From positions 2,112,001-2,176,000 of the forward strand of contig CAXXVS010000002.1 in assembly GCA_963674755.2 (NCBI GenBank): a DNA stretch of 64,000 bases, read 5' to 3'. This DNA comes from Desulfobacterales bacterium. Its GTDB lineage: Bacteria; Desulfobacterota; Desulfobacteria; Desulfobacterales; UBA5852. Position 1 is the stretch's first letter. The number at the start of each line of letters is the position of its first letter. Below are positions 10,892-20,961 of this stretch, one piece after another. The notes beneath the pieces are model-generated. The model did not search any database, was not told the DNA's origin, and saw only the letters and a list, made by a program, of their open reading frames with translations. The translations under genes were made by a program, and so were the position numbers.

Positions 10892-11053
10892 GACGTGTCC
10901 CGCTTTTGCCTTTCCGGCAGATGAACGGTGTCGCCTAAATCGGTAAGATGAATGTCAAAAACCTCACGAAGATCGGGCTCGTCGTCAGCCAACAGCAAGC
11001 GTGTGTTCCATTATGCCCGGCCTTGAGGGAAATCACATTTGGATCGGCAATAC

Positions 11054-11080
11054 AAAAAGGGGGGTGTGGCCACCCCCCAT
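11054..11080 (-). terminator. Intrinsic terminator after rpsI
   Basis: Minus strand reads ggggggtggccacacccccc followed by a T-run. Confidence 0.7.
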
Positions 11081-11103
11081 CATAAGCACGCTGCAGAAAG
11101 GGT

Positions 11104-11493
11104 TTAGCGCTTGGAGAACTGGAAACGGGCGCGGGCGCCGCGTTGGCCGTATTTTTTGCGCTCTTTGACGCGGGGATCCCGCTTGACAAAGCCGGCCTTT
11201 TTAAGAGGGCCGCGAAATTCAGGATTGGCCAGAATGAGAGCCCGCGTAATGCCGTGCCGAATCGCACCGGCCTGGCCTGAAATGCCGCCGCCCACTACCC
11301 GCACGTGGATATCATAGGCATCCCGGGTGTTGGTGAGAACCAATGGCTGGTAGAGGTCCATCTTGGCAGTCTCCACCTGGAAATAGTCATCAATGGGGCG
11401 GTTGTTGACCGTAATCTGACCGCTTCCGGGCTTCAAGTATGTTCTGGCGATGGCGGACTTGCGCCTTCCCGTGGCATAAAAGATGTTTTCCAT
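11104..11493 (-). CDS. rpsI: 30S ribosomal protein S9
   Basis: [24 protein letters not shown]-terminal QFSKR. Confidence 0.98.
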   Translation of the reverse strand: MENIFYATGRRKSAIARTYLKPGSGQITVNNRPIDDYFQVETAKMDLYQPLVLTNTRDAYDIHVRVVGGGISGQAGAIRHGITRALILANPEFRGPLKKAGFVKRDPRVKERKKYGQRGARARFQFSKR

Positions 11494-11536
11494 AGTCTCT
11501 TTCTGTCCCTAAATCCGTTTGATCGGCCTCAGGCCA

Positions 11537-11974
11537 TCAGCTCAATGTGAGCGTTTCGGGTTGTTGTGCGGTATGAGGGTGTTCGTCGCCGGCATAGACC
11601 TTAAGCTTCTTGACCAGTTTGCGGCCCAACCGATTTTTGGGCAGCATCCCCTTGACGGCGAAGCGGATCAGGTCTTCGGGGCGCTTTTCCTTAAGCTTCC
11701 GAGCGCTTATCGAGGTCAGGCCGCCGATGTAGCCGCTGTGGCGGTGGTAGAATTTCTGATCCCACTTGCGGCCTGTCAGAGCGACTTTTTCAGCATTGAT
11801 CACCACCACCCAGTCCCCCGTGTCGACATGGGGCGTAAAGGCCGGATTGTGTTTTCCGCGCAGGTGGGTGGCAACCGTTGTGGCAAGCCGCCCAAGGACG
11901 GCGTTTTCAGCATCAATGACGTACCACTTACCTTGGTTATCCGAATTTTTGGCACTTACGGTGTATTTCTTCAC
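11537..11974 (-). CDS. rplM: 50S ribosomal protein L13
   Basis: [39 protein letters not shown] start. Confidence 0.98.
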   Translation of the reverse strand: MKKYTVSAKNSDNQGKWYVIDAENAVLGRLATTVATHLRGKHNPAFTPHVDTGDWVVVINAEKVALTGRKWDQKFYHRHSGYIGGLTSISARKLKEKRPEDLIRFAVKGMLPKNRLGRKLVKKLKVYAGDEHPHTAQQPETLTLS

Positions 11975-12113
11975 GGCATCAACTCCTGTGGATAAAAGAA
12001 TCTGGGACTATTAATGAATTATGGCGTTTCTGTCAAGTTTTTTTTCCAAGGACGAATGGCCGGCCTTGGTGTCAAGGGGGAGCCCTGTTGCGGGCGGGGC
12101 CCGACCCGTTGGT

Positions 12114-12142
12114 TTGACACAGTTGGCAAAATCCCCTATAGC
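12114..12142 (+). promoter_or_regulatory. Putative sigma70 promoter of the CYTH gene
   Basis: TTGACA-17 nt-TATAGC. Confidence 0.5.
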
Positions 12143-12187
12143 GACCTCGTTTGCCCCCTTCTGAGGGGTAAGATCCTAGCCGAAGGT

Positions 12188-12802
12188 ATGGCCATGCTTG
12201 AATGCGAGGTCAAATTTTTTATTGCGCATCCCGCAGGACTCCGCGACCGCCTACGCCAAACGGGGGCCCTTCCCACCGGAAGCGCTTTCGAAACCAATTA
12301 CCGCTACGAACATGCCGACAACCCGTTGCTGGCCCGACAATGCCTGCTTAGACTGCGGCGCGATGGCCGCAACCGGCTGACCTACAAAGAACCGGATCCC
12401 TCCGGCGGCCGGCAGTTCAAAGCCTATGAAGAGCTGGAAATCGAGGTATCCGATTTCGATACCACCGACCTGATTCTCGAAGCGCTCGGGTTCCACCGGG
12501 CTCAGATTTACGAAAAGCACCGCGAAACATATGAATTGGCATCCCTGGAAATCTGCCTGGACCAGCTCCCCTTCGGTCATTTCATCGAGATCGAGGGGGA
12601 TGCGGAAATGCTTCCGTCCGTGGCGGCACGCCTTGGCCTGGCATGGCCGGCACGCATTCTGGCCAACTATCTGCAGATTTTCGAAACAATCCGGGAAGCA
12701 CTGCAGCTCCCCTTCAACGATGTCACGTTCGCCGACTTTAAAACCGTGCGGGCCGATCTGAGCGGGTTGATTCGCCAATTCGAAATCGAACCACCGTCAT
12801 GA
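12188..12802 (+). CDS. CYTH-domain protein (class IV adenylate cyclase / triphosphate tunnel metalloenzyme family)
   Basis: ExExK (ECEVK), LRLR, LTYK, ELEIEV, YEKHRE, LDQLPFGHFIEIEG. Start trimmed to MAMLECE. Confidence 0.85.
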   Translation: MAMLECEVKFFIAHPAGLRDRLRQTGALPTGSAFETNYRYEHADNPLLARQCLLRLRRDGRNRLTYKEPDPSGGRQFKAYEELEIEVSDFDTTDLILEALGFHRAQIYEKHRETYELASLEICLDQLPFGHFIEIEGDAEMLPSVAARLGLAWPARILANYLQIFETIREALQLPFNDVTFADFKTVRADLSGLIRQFEIEPPS

Positions 12803-13246
12803 CCGCCCCCAGGCCAACGCGATTTTCCGTCCTGACGCTGAATCTGCGCCACAACCCATCTGGACTTTGACGCAACCGTTCAGATCGCCAGCGCGAACAT
12901 CATCCAGGCCCACATCCTCCCCTGGGCCGTCCACCGGCCGGTTGTTCTGGGCAGAGATTTCAACTGTACACCGCATTCCGCCTGCCACGCGGTGTTCACC
13001 GATTCCCAAACCACTCCCGAACAGGACCGCCTTCGATTCCGTAATGTTCTGGCGCCCCCCTATCCCGGAACATTTCACGGTTTCCAGGGGGGCCAGGGGC
13101 GCGCCTGCATCGACTGGATTCTCTATCGGGGCGATATCGCCCTGCAACAAGCCGGTGTTCTTCAATTCCCCCCAGTGACGTGTTATCCATCGGACCACTA
13201 TCCGGTTACGGCCGCGTTTTCTTGGGAGACGGCCTCCCCCCCCTGA
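12799..13246 (+). pseudogene. Endonuclease/exonuclease/phosphatase (EEP) family pseudogene with an internal deletion and frameshift
   Basis: N-terminal FSVLTLNLR is joined out of frame to THLDF...VVLGRDFN...IDWILY...SDHYPV; the central part of the domain is absent. Confidence 0.75.
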
Positions 13247-13284
13247 GCGGGGCCCGCCGGCAGCAGCGTTGATTGCAGGCCTGA

Positions 13285-13383
13285 TGAACTACCCCACCGC
13301 AAAGCAGCGGGGTATCGATAACGGCAATGTAACGCCGCAAGCGGCGGGGAATTAAACCTGCGTCCGCCTCTGGCCGATTAAAC
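13285..13383. mobile_element. Short palindromic, probably non-autonomous element resembling IS200/IS605-type ends or REP units
   Basis: Hairpin taccccaccgcaaagcagcggggta, related hairpin cgccgcaagcggcg followed by gggaattaaacc, then an imperfect tccgcctctggccga; no transposase. Confidence 0.5.
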
Positions 13384-13530
13384 CGTAGGGGTTTATTTCC
13401 ACGGTGGTTTTTCCGGCACGCACCAGGAGGGCCGTGGATAACCCCAGCTGTCGATCTTCCAGCATCGGGGTTGCGGGGCAAAAATGGTGCCGAGCCTATG
13501 GCGCGACTTGCCGGTGCCGTCAAAATCTGT

Positions 13531-13917
13531 TTAAAGATCGATGACAGGTTTAGTCGCCGGGGACAATTTCTTCTCGCGATAGGTATCCGGGCGGCTTATC
13601 TGGCTGACATCGGCATTCAGCTGCCCGCCTTCATGCACGACCAGGTTGCGGCACTGGACCCGGCCGTCACACTTTCCGGTGGCGAGAACCACCAATTCCT
13701 CGTCGGCATGAACGTCTCCTTGGAAACGACCGCCGATGGTCATCCGGTGCACCTTCATATCGGCATCCGCCGTCCCCTCTTCGGCAATCGTCACGGTATC
13801 GCCCTTAACCTTGCCGCCCACCCGACCGCGAATCAGGAGCTCTCCACTAAATTCGATGGTCCCCTCAACAGAGAACCCATCGTCGATAATCGACAGGAAC
13901 GCTTTCTTTCGGCTCAA
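13531..13917 (-). CDS. Bactofilin (polymer-forming cytoskeletal protein)
   Basis: SIIDDGFSVEGTIEFSGELLIRGRVGG beta-helix repeats, LVVHEGGQLN. Confidence 0.88.
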   Translation of the reverse strand: MSRKKAFLSIIDDGFSVEGTIEFSGELLIRGRVGGKVKGDTVTIAEEGTADADMKVHRMTIGGRFQGDVHADEELVVLATGKCDGRVQCRNLVVHEGGQLNADVSQISRPDTYREKKLSPATKPVIDL

Positions 13918-14897
13918 GGCTGAACTCCTGCAGGTGTTTCAGTTTCGGGCGCCGGCAAGCTTAGCCCCAGCGGTGCCGCCGTCGGCAAGGGTTTCCCGGG
14001 GGCTTCCGGCGGTGCTTCCTTTTCGGGAACAACAAGGTCCACATCGAAAGTTTTGTCAAGCAGAGGATGCCCATCCAGCGTATAGGCGTAAACCACAGCG
14101 CGTACAAAGCGCGTTCCCGGTTCGGCGAAACGCCGCTCCAGCTTCATGGTCATGAAGCGCGAAATAGAAAACCGTCGTCCCCGGTTGCCAATCGGGCGGC
14201 CTTCCTTGAGGGGAACGCTTGGCAGCGCGAAATGCAGTTGGGAGCGGCCTTCTTCTGTTTGCAGCACGACAACGGACCGTCCGCCGGCTTGCCCCTGGCC
14301 CGTATTTTTAATCACAAACTGGGCTGCGATGGTTTCAGTTTGGGCCTGGTAGTCCACCTTCAGCCCCACGGCATCCACCTGGGGCTGGTGTTTCTGTCGC
14401 GCTTCGGGCGCCTCGGCTTTCTCATCCGCTTCTGTAGGGGTATCGACTTCTGTAGGGGTGTCGGCGGGTGCGGCCGGCGCCTTGGGCTGTTCCGGCACTG
14501 GCCCCCGTGATACGAGCGTTGTCTGCGGCGGCGTGGCCACGCTCTTGGGCGCGGATGCGGTCAAGGCCTTGTTGGAGGCCGTTGTTTGCCCGGAGGCGGA
14601 CGCCTGGGCTTCCAGACGAACCGCCCGGACTTTCAGCAACTCATTTTGCTGCTGAAGGGCGGCGATGCGGCCTGTCAGACGATCGATCTCGTCGGAAAAT
14701 GTTTTCTGTTGATGAAGCATCCCCCCGTAAAGGATTGCCATGATGCCCGCCAGGGCCAGCGCGCCCGTGCTAAACCCGACCAGCAGCCCCAATTTCCGTC
14801 GGAAATTGCGTATCCGCCGGATGCGGCCCTGACCGTTCACCAGCAGAACGGTCCAGCTTTTATCCATTTTGGATGCGATGGTGTTTTTTTTGGCCAT
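13914..14897 (-). CDS. Bitopic membrane protein: TM helix, coiled coil, Pro/Ala-rich linker, beta-rich C-terminal domain (possibly DUF6776-like)
   Basis: Hydrophobic segment, heptad region, stop codon overlaps the bactofilin start. Confidence 0.75.
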   Translation of the reverse strand: MAKKNTIASKMDKSWTVLLVNGQGRIRRIRNFRRKLGLLVGFSTGALALAGIMAILYGGMLHQQKTFSDEIDRLTGRIAALQQQNELLKVRAVRLEAQASASGQTTASNKALTASAPKSVATPPQTTLVSRGPVPEQPKAPAAPADTPTEVDTPTEADEKAEAPEARQKHQPQVDAVGLKVDYQAQTETIAAQFVIKNTGQGQAGGRSVVVLQTEEGRSQLHFALPSVPLKEGRPIGNRGRRFSISRFMTMKLERRFAEPGTRFVRAVVYAYTLDGHPLLDKTFDVDLVVPEKEAPPEAPGKPLPTAAPLGLSLPAPETETPAGVQP

Positions 14898-14902
14898 ATC
14901 GA

Positions 14903-15781
14903 TCAGGACCTCGTCCCGGGCTTTGTGCCCATGGCGCCCCCCGGAACAGGGTCATTTGGATTTTTCTTCCAGGCGACACGAACCCAGGCTCCGGGGGCAA
15001 CCCCCAGGCGGTCGGCGGCACGGCCCTGGTTGACCGCAATCTCAAGTGTATCGCGGCTGCCGATCGTTGCCAGCAATTGTCCAGCAGGAACGGCCCCGTA
15101 AGAAGAAACCAGCGGCATAGGGTGTACCGCACCGGTCTCGACGATTAAAAACTGTTTCAGATCACCTTCGCCGGCCGATGTCAATAGATCGCGGCCAATG
15201 TTCGTGATGATGTTGCCGAACCGGTCGACGCTCACGACCGCTCCCTGAAGGCCGCCCTGCCCATCAGACCGCGACAAGGTGAAATCGAGGCATACCAATT
15301 CGCCGATGGCCCTTTCCGGACCCAGCTTTTCGGGCACACCGCCGGAGGCCAGAAAACCGGCCACCGGGGCCATGATGTCCCGTCCATGAAAAGTGGCACT
15401 GACCTCATCCGCAAAAAGGGTCCGGTTCGTCACACGCCGTGCGGTTTGGAGCACCCCTTGGCGGATCAGTTCGGTCAAAAGGCCGTTGTCGGGGCACAGG
15501 TAATCACATTTCCGGGCGCGGGCCAAGACGATATCGCGTTCGCTTCCCACACCGGGATCGACGACGACGACATGCAGGGTGCCCACTGGGAAATAAGGGA
15601 AAACGGCGGCCAGCATGGCCGCGGCCTGTCGAATGTCATGGGGGGCGATGGCGTGACAGACATCGACGATCACAGCCTGGGGGGCATGACTTAAAATGAC
15701 GCCCTTCAGCACCCCGACGTATTCATCCCGGTTCCCGAAATCGGTCAGAAGGGAAACTATGGGCACGTTAGCATCCGTCAT
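14903..15781 (-). CDS. SAM hydrolase / SAM-dependent halogenase family protein (DUF62)
   Basis: LLTDFG, VVDPGVG, PDNGLL, SATFHGRDIMAP, DRFGNIITN. Confidence 0.92.
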   Translation of the reverse strand: MTDANVPIVSLLTDFGNRDEYVGVLKGVILSHAPQAVIVDVCHAIAPHDIRQAAAMLAAVFPYFPVGTLHVVVVDPGVGSERDIVLARARKCDYLCPDNGLLTELIRQGVLQTARRVTNRTLFADEVSATFHGRDIMAPVAGFLASGGVPEKLGPERAIGELVCLDFTLSRSDGQGGLQGAVVSVDRFGNIITNIGRDLLTSAGEGDLKQFLIVETGAVHPMPLVSSYGAVPAGQLLATIGSRDTLEIAVNQGRAADRLGVAPGAWVRVAWKKNPNDPVPGGAMGTKPGTRS

Positions 15782-15784
15782 TGA

Positions 15785-16831
15785 TCATCCGCGGAACAGC
15801 CCCTGCTGGTAAGTGACCCCGAGATGTTTGTAAGCTGCATCCGACGCTTTGCGGCCTGACGAGGTGCGCATGAGAAAGCCCAGTTTGAGCAAATAGGGTT
15901 CCACCACATCCACCAAAGTATCCGCCTCTTCCTGGAGGGTGGCGGCCAGAGCTTCGATACCCACCGGTCCGCCCCGATAGAAATCGATAATCGTCTTGAG
16001 ATAACGCCGGTCCAGTTTCGTCAGCCCCTGGTCGTCAACCCCCTCGAGGGTCAGCGCGGCCGCCACGGTCTCAAGGGTGATCCGCCCGTTGGCACGTACC
16101 TGGCTGAAGTCGCGCACGCGTTTCAGCAGACGATTGGCAATCCGGGGGGTACCGCGGCAACGGCGGGCCAATTCCTGGGCCGCCCCTGCTTCAATGGGCA
16201 CGTGCAGCAGGGCAGCCGAGCGTTGGGTGATTTTCACCAGGTCGTCAAGTCCATAAAAATCCAGGCTGCGCATGATGCCGAAGCGATCCCGAAGCGGTGC
16301 CGAAAGCAACCCCACCCGGGTCGTGGCCCCCACCAGGCAAAACCGGCGCAGACGATAGCGATGACTGCGCGCGTGGACCCCCTTGTCGAAAACAAAGTCG
16401 ATCGCGAAATCCTCCATGGCGGGATAGAGGAGTTCTTCGACCGATTTGGGCGTGCGATGGATTTCGTCGATAAAGAGGATATCCCCGTCTTCCAGGTGCG
16501 TGAGCACCCCGACCAGGTCCCCCCCTTTTTCGAGGGCCGGTCCCGAGGTAACCGTGAGCGTGCCGCCGGTTTCATTGGCGATGATATGCGCCAGGGTCGT
16601 TTTGCCCAGTCCGGGAGGGCCATGGAAGAGAACGTGGTCCGCGGGTTCGCCGCGCAATTTGGCCGCTTCGATGGCAATCCGCAGGGTCTCGACCGTCTGT
16701 TCCTGGCCCACATAATCATCCAGGTTTTCCGGTCGCAGGGAAAGAATCTCGGGCTCCAGATCCTGGGGAGCTTCCCGCTCCGACAAGATGCCCTTGTGAT
16801 CCGACTGGTAGGATAGAACATCGTCACTCAT
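15785..16831 (-). CDS. ruvB: Holliday junction branch migration helicase RuvB
   Basis: [40 protein letters not shown]. Confidence 0.97.
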   Translation of the reverse strand: MSDDVLSYQSDHKGILSEREAPQDLEPEILSLRPENLDDYVGQEQTVETLRIAIEAAKLRGEPADHVLFHGPPGLGKTTLAHIIANETGGTLTVTSGPALEKGGDLVGVLTHLEDGDILFIDEIHRTPKSVEELLYPAMEDFAIDFVFDKGVHARSHRYRLRRFCLVGATTRVGLLSAPLRDRFGIMRSLDFYGLDDLVKITQRSAALLHVPIEAGAAQELARRCRGTPRIANRLLKRVRDFSQVRANGRITLETVAAALTLEGVDDQGLTKLDRRYLKTIIDFYRGGPVGIEALAATLQEEADTLVDVVEPYLLKLGFLMRTSSGRKASDAAYKHLGVTYQQGLFRG

Positions 16832-17445
16832 GCGAATTCTTCCCCACGATAAATTTCGTCAAATAACTCCTCAGGGCTGGCGATGGCAGGGTTGCGCTCC
16901 AGTGCCGCGGCAATCATCCGCTTGGCATCCGTGCTCTTGTGGCCCAGCTGTCCGGTGAGAACCCCCAGCACCAGCTGGCTGAAATCTTCCGCCGGGGGGG
17001 ACGGCGAGGCCTCACCCTTCCGTATCAACGCAAATTTTTCCATCTTCCCGGAAAGGCTGGCCACGATTTTCTGGGCCGTACGGCTGCCGATCCCTTTCAA
17101 GCGTCGCAAGACGGTCGTGTCCCCGTTTTCAATGGCCCGCGCGATATCACGGACCGGCATATTCATCGCTTTGACAGCCTTCAGCGGGCCGATATCTTCC
17201 ACGGAAATAAAATATTGAAAAAATTCTTTTTCCACCTCCAGATTGAAACCGATTAAAACCGGTTTGGGCTGGCGTTCGGTCTGATGATAGTAGATATAGA
17301 GTTCCAGTGGATCGCCGATGGCTTTGTTCTGAATGGTCTCCATCACGACGGCCGGCAGGAGCACTTCATAGCCCAGCTGGTTGGCCAGGATCAGTACCCG
17401 CTCTTCTTCCTTCTTCAGCAATCGGCCTTCAATATATCCGATCAT
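16828..17445 (-). CDS. ruvA: Holliday junction branch migration protein RuvA
   Basis: MIGYIEGRL, HhH motifs ([17 protein letters not shown]); lies between ruvC and ruvB. Confidence 0.92.
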   Translation of the reverse strand: MIGYIEGRLLKKEEERVLILANQLGYEVLLPAVVMETIQNKAIGDPLELYIYYHQTERQPKPVLIGFNLEVEKEFFQYFISVEDIGPLKAVKAMNMPVRDIARAIENGDTTVLRRLKGIGSRTAQKIVASLSGKMEKFALIRKGEASPSPPAEDFSQLVLGVLTGQLGHKSTDAKRMIAAALERNPAIASPEELFDEIYRGEEFA

Positions 17446-17467
17446 CGTCGCTTTCGCTCGTCTGCCG

Positions 17468-17965
17468 TCAAATGCCGGGCGCGCGTCGCCCCTGACGGAA
17501 AAGGCCGATCAGCGCCAGTCCCAGTGCGTCGGAAGCATGAAAAGGCCGAATGGGTTCCGTGAGCTTGAGCACGTGGCGCACCGCTTTTTCCAGTTGCCCC
17601 TTGCTGGCATTGCCGTTGCCCGTCAGCACCTGTTTGGCTTCCCGGACCGGGACTTCCTTGATGGGCACGTCGATGTGACAGCCGGCCAGGAGAATGACAC
17701 CGGTTACTTTGCCGAGCAGGATCCCTGATTTGGGGTATTTTTCCAGGGAAAAAACATCTTCGACCACCATTAGATCCGGCCTTTCCTTCTCCAAAACGCC
17801 GCGCAGCTTGGTATAGATGGTCTCCAGCCGCCGTGATTGGGTCCAATCCCGGGAAGTGGTGATGCTGCCGAAGGCGAAACTATCCACACGTAAATCATTT
17901 CCCCGAACGATACCAACGCCCGTTGCCGCTAGCCCGGGATCAATGCCAAGGACTTTCATTGCCAT
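17468..17965 (-). CDS. ruvC: Crossover junction endodeoxyribonuclease RuvC
   Basis: LGIDPGL..TG, VEDVF, KQVLTGNGNASK, SDALGLA. Confidence 0.95.
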   Translation of the reverse strand: MAMKVLGIDPGLAATGVGIVRGNDLRVDSFAFGSITTSRDWTQSRRLETIYTKLRGVLEKERPDLMVVEDVFSLEKYPKSGILLGKVTGVILLAGCHIDVPIKEVPVREAKQVLTGNGNASKGQLEKAVRHVLKLTEPIRPFHASDALGLALIGLFRQGRRAPGI

Positions 17966-18004
17966 TTGGCTGACCTATTGTTCCGCCGACAAGCACACCA
18001 CAGC

Positions 18005-18799
18005 CTATTGCCGGAGCTTCTGGGCGGCGATCTTGGCTTCCGTCGATCGTGGAAAGCGATCCATCAGCTCCTTGAAAATCAAACGGGCATTTTCTTTGTC
18101 GCCCAGTTCGGTGAAAGCCATGCCCTGTTTGAGCAGCGCCGCCGGCACCTTATTCCCTTTGGGAAAATTCTCGATGACCTTTTGATACTCGAGAATCGCT
18201 TTTTCGTACCAATTTTCACGATAATAGGTTTCGCCAATCCAGAACTGGGCATTGTCCGCCTCGTCGGATTGTGGAAATTTCTTCAGAAGGGATTCGAAAA
18301 CGTCCCTGGCGCCGCTGTAGTCCTCTTCGTCAAAAAGTTTTTTACCCTTGGCGTAAAGGGCGATATCTTCCGCCGATGCTTTTTCTCCTTCGGTGGCCGG
18401 TGCTCTGCCGGCAGCAGGCTGCTGAACGTCGGGCGATTTTTCGATCTTGGCCAGTCGCTGCTCGAGGGCATCCAGACGCGCCGTCATGTCCTCGATATGG
18501 CGATCGAGGCGGTGGTCGGTCTCGTCCATGCGGCCGCTGAGAAGCTGGAGTTCCCTTTTAAAGCGTTGGAATTCAGCCCGCATCTCAGCTTTATAATCGC
18601 TGAAGGATTGATAGTTTTCATCACGGTCGGTCCCCAGGCTGGAGAGATCTTCGCGGGTCGTGGTAACCTTTTGCTCCAGATCGGCATATTGATTTTCCAG
18701 GCTAACGGTCCGCCTATCAAGCGTTATGACGTCCTGTCGTGTCGCACAACCGGCCATCAACACGATCCCGACCGCTAGGCACAGCAACGATTTATTCAT
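18005..18799 (-). CDS. cpoB: Tol-Pal system protein YbgF/CpoB (coiled coil plus TPR lipoprotein)
   Basis: Lipobox MAGC, ADNAQFWIGETYY, KVPAALLKQG; follows pal. Start trimmed to MNKSLL. Confidence 0.9.
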   Translation of the reverse strand: MNKSLLCLAVGIVLMAGCATRQDVITLDRRTVSLENQYADLEQKVTTTREDLSSLGTDRDENYQSFSDYKAEMRAEFQRFKRELQLLSGRMDETDHRLDRHIEDMTARLDALEQRLAKIEKSPDVQQPAAGRAPATEGEKASAEDIALYAKGKKLFDEEDYSGARDVFESLLKKFPQSDEADNAQFWIGETYYRENWYEKAILEYQKVIENFPKGNKVPAALLKQGMAFTELGDKENARLIFKELMDRFPRSTEAKIAAQKLRQ

Positions 18800-18951
18800 A
18801 ACATTTCCCCGTTTACCAGTGGTTGTTGATAGCGCCGCAAAAAAAACTGCCCGCCGACAAGCAGCGGGCAGGTGAATGACTCTGCGGGAACATTGATCGG
18901 CAGTTTCGCCGGAAACCTTGCAACGCGTGGTTCCCATGCCGTTTTACGGGA

Positions 18952-19488
18952 CTATTTCAGCTGAAACTGATCATTCCGATTCTTGGCCCAGGCCTCTTCA
19001 TTGTTCCGTGGGTCCAGGGGGCGTTCTTCCCCGTAGCTGATGGTGGACAGGCGCGACCCCGAAATGCCCAAATCCACCAGGTAGGCTCGGGCGCTCTCGG
19101 CGCGGCGTTCACCAAGTGCCAGGTTGTATTCGTTGGTGCCACGATCGTCACAATTGCCCGCGATGATCACCATCGCATCGGGATTGGCTTTTAACCAGGC
19201 GGCTTTGCGCTTGAGCGTCTCCTGAGCCATAGGGGACAGCTCGGCACTGTCAAATGAGAAATAGATATGCTCGTTGACGAACTGGTTCCTGGCCTGTTCG
19301 GCCGCACGCATGGCCTCGGCGGCCTGCAATTCCGCTTCGCTGGTCTTTTGGGAAGTGTCTTCCGGCGGCGGTGTCGTCTTCTGGGTGGTGTCGGTTTCCA
19401 CCGCCGACTTTTGCGCACACGATGTCATTAACATCAACCCAGGCACCAACATGACAAGCGCCAGGACCAACCACAATTTTTTCTGCAT
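18952..19488 (-). CDS. pal: Peptidoglycan-associated lipoprotein Pal
   Basis: IYFSFDS, GNCDDRGTNEYNLALGERRA, ISYGEERP. Confidence 0.95.
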   Translation of the reverse strand: MQKKLWLVLALVMLVPGLMLMTSCAQKSAVETDTTQKTTPPPEDTSQKTSEAELQAAEAMRAAEQARNQFVNEHIYFSFDSAELSPMAQETLKRKAAWLKANPDAMVIIAGNCDDRGTNEYNLALGERRAESARAYLVDLGISGSRLSTISYGEERPLDPRNNEEAWAKNRNDQFQLK

Positions 19489-19516
19489 TTTTCCTCCTTT
19501 CAACAACCCAACCACA

Positions 19517-20875
19517 TTAGTTAAGGTGCTTATTAGGCGACCATTGGGGATTCATTTGTTCGCCTGGCAACGTCAGCAACTTTCGCTGATCGGTTCCAAA
19601 TGCCGTCATCACATAAATGCGCGAGGCTCCCTCACGGGTAGAACTGAAAACGATCATGCTGCCGTCCGGCGACCAGGATGGTGATTCATTGTTGCCCGTA
19701 TCATGGGTCAACTGAACCGGAGGGCGACCATTGAAACTAATGACATAGATATCGTTTCGGCCGCCTTCCATGCCGGCATAGGCCAACTTGTCACCTTTAG
19801 GCGACCAGTTGGGCTGCGTGTTATAACGCCCTTGGAAGGTCAGGCGGTCAACGCGGCCCGTATCAAGGTCTTTGATGTAGACTTGCGGATTGCCGGATCG
19901 GTTGGAAACAAAAGCGAATTTCTTACCATCCGGTGACCAGGTCGGGGAAACGTCGCTTCCCCAACTTTTGGTCAACCTTTTAATAATTTTCCCTTTTCCA
20001 GTCAACAGATAAATTTCCTGGTCGCCTGCGAAGGAAAGCGTTGCCGCCAGCCGCATATCATCGAGCGAAGACGACGGCTTGGCTTGCGGCATCCAGGCGG
20101 GCGTAATGTTCAGGCCTTTGTTGCCGATCTCATAGCCGCGTTTGTGGTAGCGGTGCTTGACGTACAGGAAGGGACGATTTTTAGGATAGGCCGTGTAAGC
20201 CAGCCACTGGCCGTCCGGGGACCAGGCCGGCGAAAGTGTGATGTCCTTGGTATGGGTGAACTGCACCGGATTGTGGCCGTCGAATTCGGCGATAAAGATT
20301 TCCTTGTTACCGGTGCCGGTCGAGACAAACGCGATTTCACTATTGAAAAAGCCGCGGCTGCCGGTGAGGAAATAAATCACCTCGCTGGCGAATTTGCGGA
20401 CGATCCGTCGGCTGTCCTCCACCCGGCCGCGGTAGCGTTTGCCGATCACCGACTTGCCCTGAAAGGTGTCGAACAGGCGCAGTTCCATTTCCACCGCGTC
20501 GGCGGAACGGTAGACACCACCGGTGATCAGAAGTTCGGCTCCGATCACCGTCCAGTTGCGGTAGTTGATGGCTGCATCGGAAATCCCGGTCTCACGCGGG
20601 TCCTCCAGATAAGCGCCCTTGTCCAGAATGTTGAAATAGCCCGTGAATGAAAGGGTTTCGGCTAAAAGCCGCGCCGCCTGGTCGGCCGCTTCCCGGGCGG
20701 ATTCGCCCTCCGAAAGGGGTTTGAAATCGGGGATGGCCAGGGGGATCTTTTTCAGAAACGGATTGATTTCGATAAATTCGTCCACAGCCCATGCCGGCGT
20801 TGTCGCGCTGGACAACACGATGAGCAGCAACACCGACCATAGGACCGGCCTACGCATTATTGACAACATGAACAT
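19517..20875 (-). CDS. tolB: Tol-Pal beta-propeller protein TolB
   Basis: IPLAIPDF N-domain, repeated PxWSPDG motifs. Confidence 0.95.
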   Translation of the reverse strand: MFMLSIMRRPVLWSVLLLIVLSSATTPAWAVDEFIEINPFLKKIPLAIPDFKPLSEGESAREAADQAARLLAETLSFTGYFNILDKGAYLEDPRETGISDAAINYRNWTVIGAELLITGGVYRSADAVEMELRLFDTFQGKSVIGKRYRGRVEDSRRIVRKFASEVIYFLTGSRGFFNSEIAFVSTGTGNKEIFIAEFDGHNPVQFTHTKDITLSPAWSPDGQWLAYTAYPKNRPFLYVKHRYHKRGYEIGNKGLNITPAWMPQAKPSSSLDDMRLAATLSFAGDQEIYLLTGKGKIIKRLTKSWGSDVSPTWSPDGKKFAFVSNRSGNPQVYIKDLDTGRVDRLTFQGRYNTQPNWSPKGDKLAYAGMEGGRNDIYVISFNGRPPVQLTHDTGNNESPSWSPDGSMIVFSSTREGASRIYVMTAFGTDQRKLLTLPGEQMNPQWSPNKHLN

Positions 20876-20961
20876 CTCACTTTCATTTCAGCATCAGGCA
20901 AAACCACGCGTCTCCTTTTACATTCGGGACGCAAATTTCGAATACCCTGCGTCATCGATCG

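Noticed and set aside
14428..14463. 18-bp tandem duplication (DTPTEV/DTPTEA)
   Set aside because: Ordinary slippage in a low-complexity linker.
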